Source: Chiloscyllium plagiosum (taxonomy: Eukaryota). From it: a DNA stretch of 64,000 nt. The notes beneath the pieces are model-generated. The model searched no databases, was not told the DNA's origin, and saw nothing but the letters and a program-made list of their open reading frames with translations. The stretch's first letter is position 1; the number at the start of each line of letters is the position of its first letter. The position numbers were made by a program, and so were the translations under genes. The stretch lies in contig NC_057751.1 of assembly GCF_004010195.1 (NCBI RefSeq), positions 7,964,137 to 8,028,136 on the forward strand. The letters run 5' to 3'. This document shows, one piece after another, positions 25,430 through 38,859 of the stretch.

Positions 25430-25476
25430 CTGATAAGAACAGACACTTGATCTTAGCCAAAAGGCCGAGAAGCGAT
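25430..25476 (-). pseudogene. RNU2: U2 snRNA 5' fragment (nt 1-52 with nt 35-39 deleted)
   Basis: The minus strand reads ATCGCTTCTCGGCCTTTTGGCTAAGATCAAGTGT-CTGTTCTTATCAG, identical to the vertebrate U2 5' end except for the missing AGTAT. Confidence 0.95.
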
Positions 25477-25859
25477 GAACCAGGTAGATCTTTACGACAA
25501 TTGACAGTGATTGTGGTTTTTTTTACTTCTCATGGAGCTGGTCCCATTGGGCCGAGCTTCACCTATTACATCCTCTCCATTGTCAAGATTACTGACATTC
25601 ACCCCCACAACCGGGACCATAAAACATTTTTAGAACCAAGGTTACCCATGGGTACAGGGGGCAAAAGTTGGCATCTGGAGTTCTGTTGCAGATCAACATG
25701 ATCTCATTAAATGGCAAAGTAAATAGATGGTTTGTGTTCTTTTGTCCAATTGGTCCTTAAACCCTCATGAGTTTTTCAATTCAAACACTGACTTGTTTGG
25801 TTTGACAAAATGCCTCTTGTGCAGATTTCAGACAATCCCAAGCTCCAATGGTTACTCTG

Positions 25860-26190
25860 CACCATAAGACCATTGGAGCAGAACTTGGACCATTTGGCCG
25901 ATCGAGTCTTCCCTGCCATTCGATCATGGTTGATAGGTTTGTCAATCCTATTTTTCTGCTTTGAACCCCTTGGCAATCAAGAGCCTATCTATCTCTGTTT
26001 TAAATATACTCAATGACCTGGCCTCCACAGCCTTCTGTGGCAATGGATTCCACAGAACCACCACTCTCTGGCTGAAGAAGTTTCTCCTTATCTCCACTCT
26101 AAAGGATCTTCCCTTTACTCTAAGGCTTTGCCCTCAGCTCCACATCTCTCCTGCCAATGGAAACATCTTCCCAATGTCTACTCTGTACCT
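25860..26190 (-). mobile_element. CR1-like LINE 3' fragment
   Basis: tccacagccttctgtggcaatg..ctctggctgaagaagtttctc. Homologous to 31380-31560. Confidence 0.88.
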
Positions 26191-26809
26191 TTTACTTCTC
26201 CGATCACTCTCATAATTTTCGATTGGCCTGAGGCCATTGAATCCATGTTACAAACTCCCATGTCTTATTCTTGTTTTTATAACACTTCAGTACCATAGCA
26301 ATATTAATTCTTAACAACATACATATTTAAAATATCACACGAGTTCCTCAATCATTGATGTTCAGGTAGTTCTTCTATAACATGATGGTTGCGTTTTTTT
26401 GCGCAACCCCCCATCAGACAAAAAATGTGATTTAGAAACAGCTTTTAAAGTGTTGGCAATGTAATCACATACAGCCAACACACAATTCAAATGTTTGCGC
26501 TTTAGAAACAGTGTCCCCAATTCATCAATTGCAACACAGTAAATTCGTGTTAACAAAACGCACGCTGCAGCAGAACGACATGTATTTCAAATCGATAGCT
26601 TTCTAGACACTAATGACATGGCGGGACAGAAAGGAAAATAACTTTGAGGACATGATCAACCGTAATCAAGAATAGCAATTGGTGGCTTGTTGGGCTGAGT
26701 GACCTACTTTCGCTCTGATGCTTGTCTGTAGCTTCCATCAGAACTGTACAGAGCTCTCCTTCTCTTCCCACAACACAGGAGAAAGTCATTTCATCCATTT
26801 TGTTTGCTC

Positions 26810-27130
26810 TGGCTCTTCGAAAGAGCTAACCAATTAGTGACACTCCCCTGCTCTTTCTCCACAATGCAACACTTATTTGCTTTTCAGACATCGATCCAAT
26901 TCAGTTTGAAAATTCTTACAGAGTCTACTTGCAACTCCTGATAAGGAAGCACTTAATAAGTCATTGCTTTCTTTTTACCAATTACCTGAAACCTGTATCT
27001 TCTGGTTGCTGACTCACCTGTCACTGCAAACACTTTCAAATTATTTACTCTCCCAGAATTATGCATGATTCTGAACACCTCTACCCCTGAACGCCTATTT
27101 ACTTTCTCTGCACTAAGGAGAATAATCAGT
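26810..27130 (-). mobile_element. Very old CR1-like fragment
   Basis: catgattctgaacacctcta..ctaaggagaa motif. Confidence 0.5.
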
Positions 27131-28344
27131 TTTCAACAAAAAAAAAATTTCAGGAAAGGACAGGATAATATAAAGCAAGGATTATGATTTCATTAAAAGG
27201 TCGCTTGCCAAAGAGATAGGAATCCTTTTTCCATTTAACATTTCAATACATTCACTTTCTAATAGCTTCTTAACAACATTTGAGGTTTGAATGGATGTGA
27301 AATTGTGGTGTAATTCAGTTGTCAGTCGTACTCTTTGTCGGTCTGAAGGAACAGTTTTAATATTTTCAGTACGTCTTGTGGGCAGAGCAAATTACTTCAC
27401 AGCCCATCTGATTTGATACATGAGGAAGACATGGAGCTGCAATGAATAAAAGAGGAGCCGAAGTGTTTATATGTGTCGCAGGACTCAGTTATCTCCCCTT
27501 TTCTTGAAAATATCTCAGTATTCTGTTGATACACACTATTGTGAGGAAAGCACTGTCCTTTACCAATGTTTTGCTCTCGCTGAAAAGACCATTGCAGAAT
27601 TTTGGAACATGGTTCTGGTCCATGCCTTGTTCTAATGTGACAGGCAACCTACAATTTTGTAGTTGCCTCTCTCTCCCATTGTTGGAAATTTTGTTCTGTG
27701 CTTTTCTCGGCCACCCGAAAGGGTGCGTATTGGGTCATTTGTGTCAACAATCACTCTGGATATCCCCCAAGACCAGCAGGCACTCCTGCGCCAGGACAGG
27801 AACAAGGCAAGGCAAGGAAAACTGCACTTTAGTGTTTAAAGGGTTAAGCATGACTTTGTGCTATGCTAACAAAAGATCGTGTACATCATCACAGGAAGTG
27901 CAGCAACATCACGGCAGCTTGCTCTCCCTTGCAGCCTTGTGGAGAAATGATCACATGGTGACATGCATTTATTTTGCTGGGGTCGAAGGTAATGTTGGTC
28001 AATGCACTGGAACCTCCTACAAAAAACATTTTTACAGCTTTATCTATTGACACATTCTGCAGTACAAGTCAGAGCCTCTGCTCCTTTCCAGTTTTGGTGT
28101 GTGACATTTACGTGATTAGTCATCATTGTACATGCTTCTGATATTAATCCCCTTCTGCTGCAGGAGTCATTGTGAACTCTGCTTATGAAATAAAGTTAAC
28201 TATTTTTCCTTACTTCAAAAGACTTTGGAAATATTCATAACCAGGATGAAATCAACAGAATATTTGATTTTTCACACCTGCATGTAACACGCACAACTGA
28301 GTGGTATCAACAGTGTTCCCCGAAAGATGAAATAACTCAAGAGA

Positions 28345-28530
28345 GGTCAGTATCCCTTCACCAAATTATGCTTCATTTCACATGCATAGTACATGACACT
28401 GATCCAGGCTAGTACAGAGCCAGCTCCAAGAGTGAACAGAACTCCTGACACTCCTGTTCCCTGACACTCCTGTTTCTATCTACCAGCCAGGGCTCCCTGA
28501 TTGGACCAGATTAACAGCCCCAGTCAAGAA
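28345..28530. repeat. Interspersed repeat fragment (possibly LTR-like)
   Basis: ctccctgattgg, agccagctc and agtacatg motifs recur in reverse orientation at 47008-47155. Confidence 0.45.
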
Positions 28531-28539
28531 TCTCGGATT

Positions 28540-28666
28540 CCCAGCTCCCAGCCCTGCCGAGTTTTCACCATCCCTCCAGACCTTCCTCTCACTGAGGACG
28601 AACGATCACCTTCATCCCCCTCTGTCCACGCATCAATGAATTTAATACACGCCGTGATGTCGAACA
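28540..28666 (+). mobile_element. Penelope-like ORF N-terminal fragment
   Basis: PCRVFTIPPDLPLTEDERS..TFIP..RINEFNTRRDVE, the region that precedes Penelope RT. Confidence 0.65.
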
Positions 28667-28668
28667 CG

Positions 28669-28985
28669 GTGGGCGGCACGGTGGCACAGTGGTTAGCACT
28701 GCTGCCTCACAGCGCCTGAGACCCGGGTTCACTTCCCGCCTCAGGCGACTGACTGTGTGGAGTTTGCACGTTCTCCCCGTGTCTGCGTGGGTTTCCTCCG
28801 GGTGCTCCGGTTTCCTCCCACAGTCCAAAAGATGTGCAGGGTTAGGTGAATTGGCCATGCTAAATTGCCCGTAGTGTTAGGTAACGGGTAAATGTAGGGG
28901 TATGGGTGGGTTTCGCTTCGGCGGGTCGGTGTGGACTTGTTGGGCCGAAGGGCCTGTTTCCACACTGTAATGTAATAATGTAAAA
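28669..28985 (+). mobile_element. HE1-type SINE, young full-length copy
   Basis: gtgggcggcacggtggcacagtggttagcactg head, intact CpG-rich body and tail gggcctgtttccacactgtaatgtaa. Near-identical to the copy at 48667. Confidence 0.95.
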
Positions 28986-30967
28986 AAAATTTAAAAAATA
29001 ATGTAAGAGATCCACCTGGCTGACAATAGCAAGGTGATTCAGAAGGAACCAACAAAAGAAGTTTGGATAGCTACATTGAAAGGAAAATTTTGCCAAGTAA
29101 GAAATAACTGGGTACATGCAGCGGCTGGCAAGGTGGGTGAACCAGCCTCCTTCTCTGCGACATGATCTTCTGATTCCATGGCTGAATCCATTCAGTTGCA
29201 TCAGAAGGAAAATTGACTGCATTAAGTCAGGGAGAAAGAACAAACAGCTTTCTGACTGCAACCAGAACACTTGTCACAGACGGAACTCCTGTTCAATAGT
29301 CCACAGAACAATGAGGGCATTTTCGACATGGTTGCACACAGCGACAGCTTACTGAGAGTCACCAATAAGTGTTTCACAAGAGATAACGTAAAACAATGGG
29401 AAAGATCTATGCTTCACGTTCTAACAGAACATATGCATGACTGAAAATCTATATCCCATCTACTTTCTTTTCCTTCCATTGAAGTTACTGGACACCTTGA
29501 CACATACTGAACAGTGACCTGACTTAGTACAAATATTCTTTTATGTTAATTCTCATTGTTTTTTTTTTCAATTTAGTGCTTGGCTAAAAAAAGCAGCCTC
29601 AGAATTGAAGACCATCCATATCTCGCTCAACAGAAAAGCCAAGTGGCTGATGAAACGGAGGACAAAAACAGGATAATCTATGAATGGCTCAGAGTAACAT
29701 TTGTTGCAAATCGCAATGAGGTGTCATAAAGTCCCACCAACAATGTGGGAGAGAAAATTAAATTGCTCATTTGCATCCAACCTGTGTGCAGTAATGAAGG
29801 GCCTAAATATCAGGGGGATGTGCAGCTTATACATCAGCAAAGGCAGTAGTGAGCAGGGAAGATGATTATTTCACCCATAGAAGGGAGGTGTGTGAGAAAG
29901 CCAAAGGTGGCTAATGTTCTTGGCCTCCTGAGAGATAAGACCACCAACTTTCCTCTGTGATGATCTTTACACCCAAAGTTAGCAGCAGTTACCTGAAAGA
30001 ATGTTCCTTTTTAAAAAATCTTTCCTCATATGCGTTGTGTCTCAAGCCTCAGCATTACTTAATGATTCAGCCGACTTTCTTGGCAAACTTTATAAAACTT
30101 TACGGGAGGTGGGGTATTGGTGTTTGTATTTTTTGCCTCAATTTGTCTACTCAGCAACAGCTTCCATCGATGATGGAATGGGTGTTCTTGCACATCTCCT
30201 CCTGGGCTCTGACCCAAGAAGCCATTCTTGAATCCAAGGTGGGCACTAGGATGGGCAACTCCTCGCGGCTGTCCACCAGCCTCTTTCCTCAGTCTTGGGA
30301 GAAGTTACGTACAGGGTCTACCAGTAAGGATCAAAGTCTTACTTGCAATCCGTCAGCACAGTAAAGACTGGAGAGCATGATGGACCCAGGAATTTATACT
30401 CTCATCTCATCTCACAAGCCGCTTTGTGTCCCACTGCAACTTGCACAAAATTACAAATGAGGAAGGTGAGAACTCAGAACAAAAGAGTACTGAAGGACCG
30501 GGGAGATATAATTAACAGGTTGGGTGCCTCTCAAAAAGATATTACTTCACTGCTTGCATGGGGTTCCTCTAATTAATAACGCAGGGTAGCTCATGATTTA
30601 ACTGTAACCTTGTCACAATCTCAAAACTGACAGCAAGAAATGTGACGCTCCACAAAGAATTCATAAGTTTAGAACTGTACGAGAGGTTGAAATATTCATT
30701 TTCTAGTGATAGTGTCATATTACAGCTTGCTTCTGGAAAAAGGACTACAGGATTCTTGGGATATGGAAGCCCAGTCGACTTGAAGCTTATTAAAATTGAT
30801 AAATCCTTTAGTTGGACTATCAATTATGATAACCATTTTCTATATGCCAACAATGTAGCTCTATCGATCCAGAGCCACTTTCTACACAATAAGTCACTGC
30901 ACATTTTCAATAACAATTTTACAGAGTACTATCCATGTGACAAAATATGTTAAGGTGATTCACAGTT

Positions 30968-31100
30968 AAAAATCACACAACACCAGGTTATAGTCCAACA
31001 GGTTTATTTGGAAGCATTAGCTTTCCAAATAAATCTGTTGGACTATAACCTGGTGTTGTGTGATGTTTAGCTTTGTCGTCCCCAATCCAACACCAGCACT
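30968..31100. mobile_element. Short palindromic Penelope-derived element (internally deleted relative of 45238-45607)
   Basis: atcacacaacaccaggttatagtccaacaggtttatttggaa...ttccaaataaatctgttggactataacctggtgttgtgtgat inverted repeat. Confidence 0.8.
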
Positions 31101-31234
31101 GCCAAAAGGTGGTTTGTGTCGCAAAGTAAAATTTGACATCAGTAACATAAGGTGAAAATAGATGTACGCCCCAACAGATTGGTCCAGGGGCAGCTTTAAG
31201 GAGCATCAGTCTGAGCACGGAAAAAAAAAACGAC

Positions 31235-33005
31235 ATAACACCATAAGACATCGGAGCAGAAACTAGACCAATCAGGCTATCAAACCTGCTCTGCCACTCA
31301 ATCATGGCTTTTGAGTTTCTCAAGCTACATTCACCCACTTTCTCCCTGTAACCTTTGATCACCTTGATACTCAAGAACCTATCCATCTCTGTCTTAAATG
31401 TACTCAATGACCTGACCTCCACAGCCTTCTGTGGCAGTGAATTCTGTAGATTCATCGCTCTCTGGCTGAAGAAGTTTCTTCTTATCTCCTTTCTAAAAGG
31501 TCTTCCCTTCACTGTAAGGCTATGTCCTCAGGTCCTAGTCCCTCCTACCAATGGAAAAAGTTCCCAACATCCACGCTGTCCAGGCCATTCAGTGTCCTGT
31601 ATGTTTCAATTCCATCCCCCCTCATCCTTCTAAGCTCCATAGAGTATAGACCCAGAGTCCTCAAATGTTCCTCACTTGTTGAGCTTTCCATTCCTGAGAC
31701 CATTCTCATGAACATCCACTGAGCCCACTCCAAGGCAAGTACATCCTTTGTGAGATATGGGGCCCAAAACTGTGCACAATACTCCACATGCAGTCTGACC
31801 AGGGCCTTACAGAGCGTCAGAAGTATATCCCTGCTTTTATATTCAAATCTTCTCAAAATAGTAGTTGCCTTCCTAACTACTGACCCAACCTGCACGTTTA
31901 CCTTGAGAGAATCCTGGACTAAAACTCTCAAGTTTCTTTGCACTTAAGACTTCTGAATTTTCTCTCCATTTAGAAAATAGTCTATTCTTCCTACCTAAGT
32001 GCATGACTTCACACTTTCCCACATCGTACTCCATCTGCTACTTCTTTGCCCATCTTCCAACCTGTCCAAATTCTTCTGGAGCCTTCCCGCCTACTCAATG
32101 TTACACGCCCCTCTATCTATCATTGAATCAACTGCAAACTTAGCCAGAATGGCCTCAGTTCCTTCATCCAGATCGTTAACATATAAACTGAAAGTTATGG
32201 TCCCAACACTTAGCCTTGCAGAACACTACTTGTCACTGGCTACCATCCTGAGAAGGACTTTTTTATTCCCACACCCTGCTTCATGCCAGACAGCCAAGTT
32301 ATCCATGCTAACACCTTGCCTCTGACACAGTGGATCCTTACCTTACTCAGTAGCTTCCTATGCAGCACCTAGCCCAAGGCCTTCTTGAAGTCCTGGTTGA
32401 TAACATCCATTGAATCTCCTTGGACTATCTGCTTGTTACTTCCTCAAAGAATTCTAGTAGGTTTGTGAGACCTGACCTCCTTGATGAAATCATGCCGACC
32501 TTGCCCTATTTCACCACATACTTTCAAGTGTTCACCACTCTCATCTTTCACAATGAATTGCAGGATCATACCCACAACCAAGGTCAGGCTAAGTGGCCTG
32601 TAATTTTCTGTCATTTGCCCTACTCCTTTTTCGAACATGGGTGTCGCGTTAGTGATTTTCCAGTCCTCTGGGACGCTCCCTGTTGCTAGCGATTCCAGGA
32701 AGATCACCATTAACACCTCCACTTCAGTTATCTCTCTAAGAACCTCTCTGGGGTGTAGTCTATTTTGGTTCAGGTAATTTATCCACCTTCAGGCCATTCA
32801 ATTTTTCTCGCACCTTCCCCTTGTTGATGGCCACCATACTCAGCTGTGCCCCCTCACTCTGTTGAATCTTTGGGATATTACTGGTGTCTTCCACCATGAA
32901 GACTGACACAAAGTAATTACTCAGTTCCTCAGCCATTTCCTTGTTTCCCACTACTATCTCTCCAGCATCATTTTCCAGCAGCCCAATGTCTACTTTTGCC
33001 TTATC
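31235..33005 (-). mobile_element. CR1-like LINE, ~1.8 kb ORF2 (RT) remnant
   Basis: VPEDWKITNATPMFEKG..NYRPLSLT, LVRLHVEYCAQFWAPY and RRNFFSQRAMNL motifs, with frameshifts. Confidence 0.95.
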
Positions 33006-33429
33006 GAGCTCCCTGATCAAGTCTACCTCACCATACAACACCAAATCTAGTATTGCCTCTTTAAACTTGCAGGTTTGGAGAAGGAATTCTGCTGCCTGGG
33101 GCCTGAGATAACTTCAGATACGGCCACAAATACTGGAGAAAACGATCTGTGATGTTCAGTAGGTCAGAATCAGAGGTACTGCGGATCTCTCAGGGGATCG
33201 TGGGGCAGGAAGACATTCAGAGATGGAGCGGTGCCAGACCGCAGAAGTGATTTGAAAAGAAGACTGAGAAGGCAAAATTCAACAGTTGTTTAACTTGTAC
33301 ACGAAGTAGATCATAGATCATAGTGCTCATGGGTCAACCAGGCTGAGTGCAACTCAGGACAAAGGCCGCAGAGTTTTGGATGATCTCAAGTTTATGGAAG
33401 GTTGAACATGGGAAGACGATGAAACATGG

Positions 33430-33925
33430 CAACATAGAAAGTAGGTGCAGCAGTAGACCATTCGGCCTTTCGAGCATGCACCACCATTCAATACAATCAT
33501 GGTCGATCATGCAATTTCGTTATCCCATTCCCGACTTCTCTCCGTACTCTTGAACCCTTCAACAGCAAGGGCCATGTACAGCTCCCTCTTGACTATGTCA
33601 AATGGACTGGCCCCAACAGCTTTCTTTAGGAGAGAATTCCACACGTTCACAACTCTCTCAGTGAAGGAGCTCTTCCTCATCTCAGTCCTGAATGGCTACA
33701 CCCTTTTTTCTGTGACCTTGACCCCTAGTTCTGGAGTTCCCCAACGTCGGGAACAATCTTCCTGCATCTAGCCTGTCTAGCCCCACCTCCTGCATCCAGC
33801 CTGTTTCAGTCCCACCTCCTGCATCTAGCCTGTCCAGGCTTTATTTATTTATTTGAGATCTATCCTCATTCTTCTAAGTTCCAGTGAGGCCAAGCCCAGT
33901 TGACCCAGTCTTTCTTTGTATGTCA
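33430..33925 (-). mobile_element. CR1-like LINE 3' fragment with a small internal ~28-bp tandem repeat (33760-33840)
   Basis: agagaattccacacgttcacaactctct motif; cctgcatctagcctgtc-like unit x3. Confidence 0.85.
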
Positions 33926-34075
33926 CCGAAGAAAGCATTGGAAAAGTCAACCCAAAACCAACTGATGCAAAAAGGTATGGACAAAGGTTCCAGTGGAAGA
34001 TGAGCCGAGGCAGGGACATAACCAAGCAATATTATCAGAGCACAAACAGTGTGACCCACTAACTGTTCTTGGCTT

Positions 34076-34400
34076 ATCATAGAATCCCTACAGTGTGGCC
34101 CAATAAGTCCACACCGACCCTCCGAAGAGTAACCCACTCAGACCCATTTCTGTACTCTCTATTTCCCCTGACTAATGCATCTAACCTAAACATCCCTGAA
34201 CACTGTGGGCAATTTAGCATGGTCAGCTCACCTAACCTGCACATCTTTGGACTGTGGAAGGAAACTGGAGCACCCAGAGGAAACCCACGCAGACATGAGG
34301 AGAATGTGCAAACACCATACAGCCAGTTGCCCGAGGCGGGAATTGAACCTGGGTCCCCGGCGCTGTGAGGCAGCAGTGCTAACCACTGAGCCACTGTTGC
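34076..34400 (-). mobile_element. HE1-type SINE
   Basis: ggcgctgtgaggcagcagtgctaaccactgagccac (reverse-complement head) and full body. Confidence 0.93.
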
Positions 34401-36009
34401 ACCACCCCCCCTCTGTGTCATGCTACATTGTCATTTTATGCGAGGCTATGCAGATTCCATTCAGCCTTGGAATAACAATCTCAAACATTTGGGAGCACAA
34501 AACAAAACACCTATTAAAGGAGTAAAATCAGGAAAAGTGATCTTGAAGAACAATTTATAGATCTTCACTCTTTTATCGAACAAGGGCCTTATATTCATGC
34601 CCATGCTTTTGTATACATGGACACAGCCAATCATGTACATGTGAACAACAAGCATGCATATCACACTCAATATCTTTCACTTAGTGAAGAATTTCTGTGT
34701 TATTACACCATGTCAGCAGCAGTTCACTCCAATAGCAGACATGAAAAAAAGCCTTTTTGTATTTGTGAACTGTTTGGGAAACAGTGGGGGGGGAGCAGAG
34801 ATGGTTTGTTGTCACTTCAGAAAGGAAAACACATTACAGGTAAACAAACTGAATAGACGACTGCAGGTCTGAAAAAGTTGTCTTGAGCAGATTCACCTTC
34901 AACTATTGTGAATATAGTCAGGGAGAAAATGGATTTTTATGATGCTTTGACCTACGTTGTACCAGCATTGCAGACAACTAGCATTTAAGTCCATCATAGG
35001 AGAAGCTAACTTTTGAGCTGTCCCCATTTCTGAAAAACACCTCTCACACCTTCTCACCGAATGCAGGAAAGTAATTGCACTTCTCACCTCGGGATTATCA
35101 TCTAAACTTACAACAGAGGTACACAGAAGTCACAGCTCAGAAACAGGTCAGTGGATCGAAGCAGGTATTACTGCTCAACTCAAGCTTCCCTCTGTCCTTC
35201 ATTATCTGACTTGATCAGCTACTGCTTTCAGCTTAACAGCTTCCACCTCTGTTGCTTCACAGTGTTGCTGGCAGCTCCCAGCGAGTTTAGAATATGTAAG
35301 TACACCAGAGTGCCAGAATCCATCACATGTTTACCTTTTGAATCAGTTCCATGGGTATTGTTGCACACAGTCCTTTTATTGTCATAAACCCTTCTACTCA
35401 CTCACTGCCTCTTGGCTTTGAAATAATTTTTGGTGTTTCACACAACAGATAATTGCAACACAGGCTTGAATGAACTATCACCAACTCTTGACTGACCTTG
35501 CCTTTTGTCCAGTCCCTCTTCAGCCAGGCTGACACAAATCCGATGTCTCTGACTGTCTGTCCAAGCTTCTAAATGAAAAAAACATCTGTGACGCTGAAAG
35601 AGAGAAGTCAACTTGTGAGAAAGACATTCATAGGGCATCATGGTTCAACAAAAAGATAATGCAAACTCTCAAATGCCCAGTGTTTACAAAGAAAAATCAA
35701 TTACCCAATGGTTAATTGCTCCCAAAATGCAGGTGATGATGGCAAAATCAGAATTTATTGCACATCTTTACTCAGCAAAGAAGGTGAGAATGGGATTTCC
35801 TCTGAACCACTTCTCTTGAGACACTGGTGCTGTCATCATAGTGTTAAAACAACAGCTCTGCTTTTTTTGTTTCAACTTTTAGCTACGTAGCACAAATACG
35901 ATATTCAGGTTCAACTCCAAATGAATAAATGTCCTTTATCTTTTCCATCGTCAAAGTGGGTGTTGGTTGAATGCACGATTGCTAACTTTTTTTCTGAAAG
36001 GCAACAGCC

Positions 36010-36430
36010 ACTAGACAGAGGAAATGGAAAAGATAGGACAGGGATGACAGAAAGGGCTAAGGAAGTGAGGTAGAGAGAGAGAGAGAACCAAGAGAAGAGA
36101 AGAAATGAAGTAATGGAGGAAAGATACAAAGAGAGCAGGATAAAAATGAAGAGCAAATAATGCATAAGATGTGGTAAGACTGATGCCAAACAAAAGGAAG
36201 AGAAGAGCTGGAAGACACTGAATTACAGAGAAATTGTCAAGATGAATGCAAAAAAGAAGAAAAATGAAGACTGAGAGCTAGAACAACAGAGGAGGGGAAT
36301 GAAGAAGAGAGACAGACTAAGTGATTGATGCATGGAGAAAGGGAAAGAGTGATGCTGGATTGGAGAGGGAGAGAAGAACGAAAGAGGAGGGACAATGTAC
36401 AAGCAAGAGAAATGAGAAGAGCAGAGAGCT
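36010..36430. repeat. GA-rich low-complexity tract
   Basis: Strong purine bias on the + strand, including (GA)n runs. Confidence 0.75.
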
Positions 36431-37714
36431 TAAAAAAAGGTTTCTTCACTCCTGTGAGCCTGTTGTGCTATTCAATGAGATCCTGCCAGATCTTCAACCA
36501 CAGTGAGGGAGCTTGAGAAAAATACAAGGAGAACAAAGGAAAGGAAGGCAGAACTTGCATTTCTTCAGAGTCTTTCATGACCTCATGACACCATAAAGAC
36601 CCCAAAGATAATGAAGTATTTGAAGTGTGGTGACAAGTGTTAACTTAGCAGGAAGTGAAGTACATGAGCTGTAAGCAGAGAATGAAAGTGCATGGAGATT
36701 GAAAAAGGATTCAAAAGGACAAGGGCTTAGAGGTCTCATGCATAAACATTTAAGTCGTGTCCACATTACCACATGGGCTCAGCACCCAATTCTGAAGCTG
36801 GGCCCTTCATAGCCTTTGTCCAATTAAATTCTGTTTCACCTCCAATTGATTGCAAAGGGTTAAATTTAATTTGAGCTCTGCTGGACAGACCAGAGCACTG
36901 CAGTTTGCCAGATATTCATGTCTAACTGTAAACAGCTCCTCTGAAATCCCCATCATTTTTATCTTCTCGGAATCACAGTCTCCTCCTGTTCATTCACAAT
37001 GTGGCCACGCTGCATTACTTTGGTTTCACAGACTCTTGGCTTGTTGGCTAAGCTGTCATGACACCCTGCATCTTCAAGATACCATCACATTTCCACAGCA
37101 CTGTCACCAGACACAGTACAGGTGCAGAGAGCAGAAGAGTGACTGTGAAAGAAGGTTTCTGCATTGATTCTGCAATCTCGTGCACATCTCATAGCACTTC
37201 ACAGCTAATGGACGGTCAGCAATTCGGCAGCAGCCAGACCGCACACAGCAAGCTCCAACACGCTGCGATGCATCAATGAACAGATCAGCAGTTCGACTCC
37301 CTGAAGCGGGATTTGTTAACTTCTGAGTGAGAACTAAATGTGGAACCAACTGAGCCATGTTTGACATTGTAAGACAAGGCAGCTACTGACTGCAGAAATC
37401 CTGCATGAGATCTGTATAAAAGGTCAAAGGTTGCAGATCCAAACACAAACTTTCGGAAGATCATTTTCTTCCCTCTGATACGATCCCAGCTGATGTTATT
37501 ACGAGTCAGATTAGAACTCTGATTTGGTAGATGACACCTTCTTTTCACTTAACAAGGTCATCTTTCACTGAAACTTATCTGCAAATTGTGACAACTCTAG
37601 TTTAAACAAGGTTTAATGCATAAAGAAAAAGATAAAATCGAATCAACCAAGCTATCTACATGCAACACAAAGATTCTGAAATGCACAGCAAAACTACGCT
37701 CTGTCAAATGTTTT

Positions 37715-38285
37715 GATTCATTGATGGGATGTGGGTATCACTGGCTGGCTAGCATTAATTGCCCTTCCCTACTTATCCTTGAGAAAGTGGTAGCGAGCTG
37801 TCCTCTTGAACCAATGCAGTCCATGTGCTGTGGATTGATCCACAATGTGCTGAGGGAAGGGAATTCCAGAATTTTGACCCAGTGACAGTGAAGAAACGGC
37901 GATATATTTCTAAATGAGGATGGTGAGTGGCTGGGAGGGGAACTGGCAGAGGGGGTGTTCCTTTGTATCTGCTGCCCTTGTCCTTTTAGGTGAAAGTAGT
38001 TGTGGGTTTGGAAAGTGCTGTCTGAGGATCTTTGGCGAATTGCTGCAGTGCGTCTTAGAGATAGTACACACCGCTGCTACTGACCGTCAGTGGTGGAGGG
38101 AGTGGATGCTTGTGGATGTCGTGCCAATCAAGCGTGGGTTGCTTGGTTCTGGATAGTGTCAAACTTCTTTCGTGTTGTTGGAACTGCGCCCATCCAGGCA
38201 ACTGGGGAGTAGTCCATCACACTCCTGACTTGTGCCTTGTACATGATGGACAGGCTTTGGGGAGTCAGGAGGAGAGTTACATGTT
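37715..38285 (-). mobile_element. LINE family 2, 3' 570 bp
   Basis: LLTPQSLSIMYKAQVRSVMDYSPVAWMGAVPTTRKKFDTIQNQA (ORF 38128..38364) plus the tail. Confidence 0.9.
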
Positions 38286-38859
38286 GGATTAGCCATTTGG
38301 TTACATCAGTTCTAAGAAGAATCATATCAAACTCAAGACACGAACGCTCTTTCTTTCTCCACATTTGCTGTGAGACCTGCTGAGCTTCTTCAGCATCTTT
38401 GGTTTTTATTTGGCAGCTTAGGATTGTTCAACCCAATGAAGTTAAGTAAGAAGGAACCATCTCATATTAGATGGTTACTGTTTATTCTTTCCAATGAACT
38501 GTTGAGAAGACTATCCTGTATAATGTATATAGATAGCAATCAGAAAAGGATTTTTTGAAAATTTCTCTTCCAGCAATTATTGGATTTAAGATCAGTTACT
38601 TCCTTAAACATCTGCCATCGTCCTTGAACCATCTTTGCTGCGTAATTCCCTTCCCAGTCAACTCTGTCCACAATGTCGACAATTATTCTTACTAAAGTTC
38701 AGCATAGTTGTTTCCGACTCTAATTTCTCACTCTTAAACTGAATGCTAACTTGTAATGGCCATTGCTTCCTTTCACTCTGAAATCATTTGTAAAACTTGC
38801 CTCAGTACAGATTACCAAATTCAAAATAATCCGATCTCTGGTTGGATCCACCGCACCGA

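Noticed and set aside
25430-25476. Functional U2 snRNA gene
   Set aside because: Only 47 nt long, branch-pairing motif deleted, and no Sm site or 3' stem-loops.
27526-28050. 174-aa ORF
   Set aside because: TTG start, no domain features, and composition typical of non-coding DNA.
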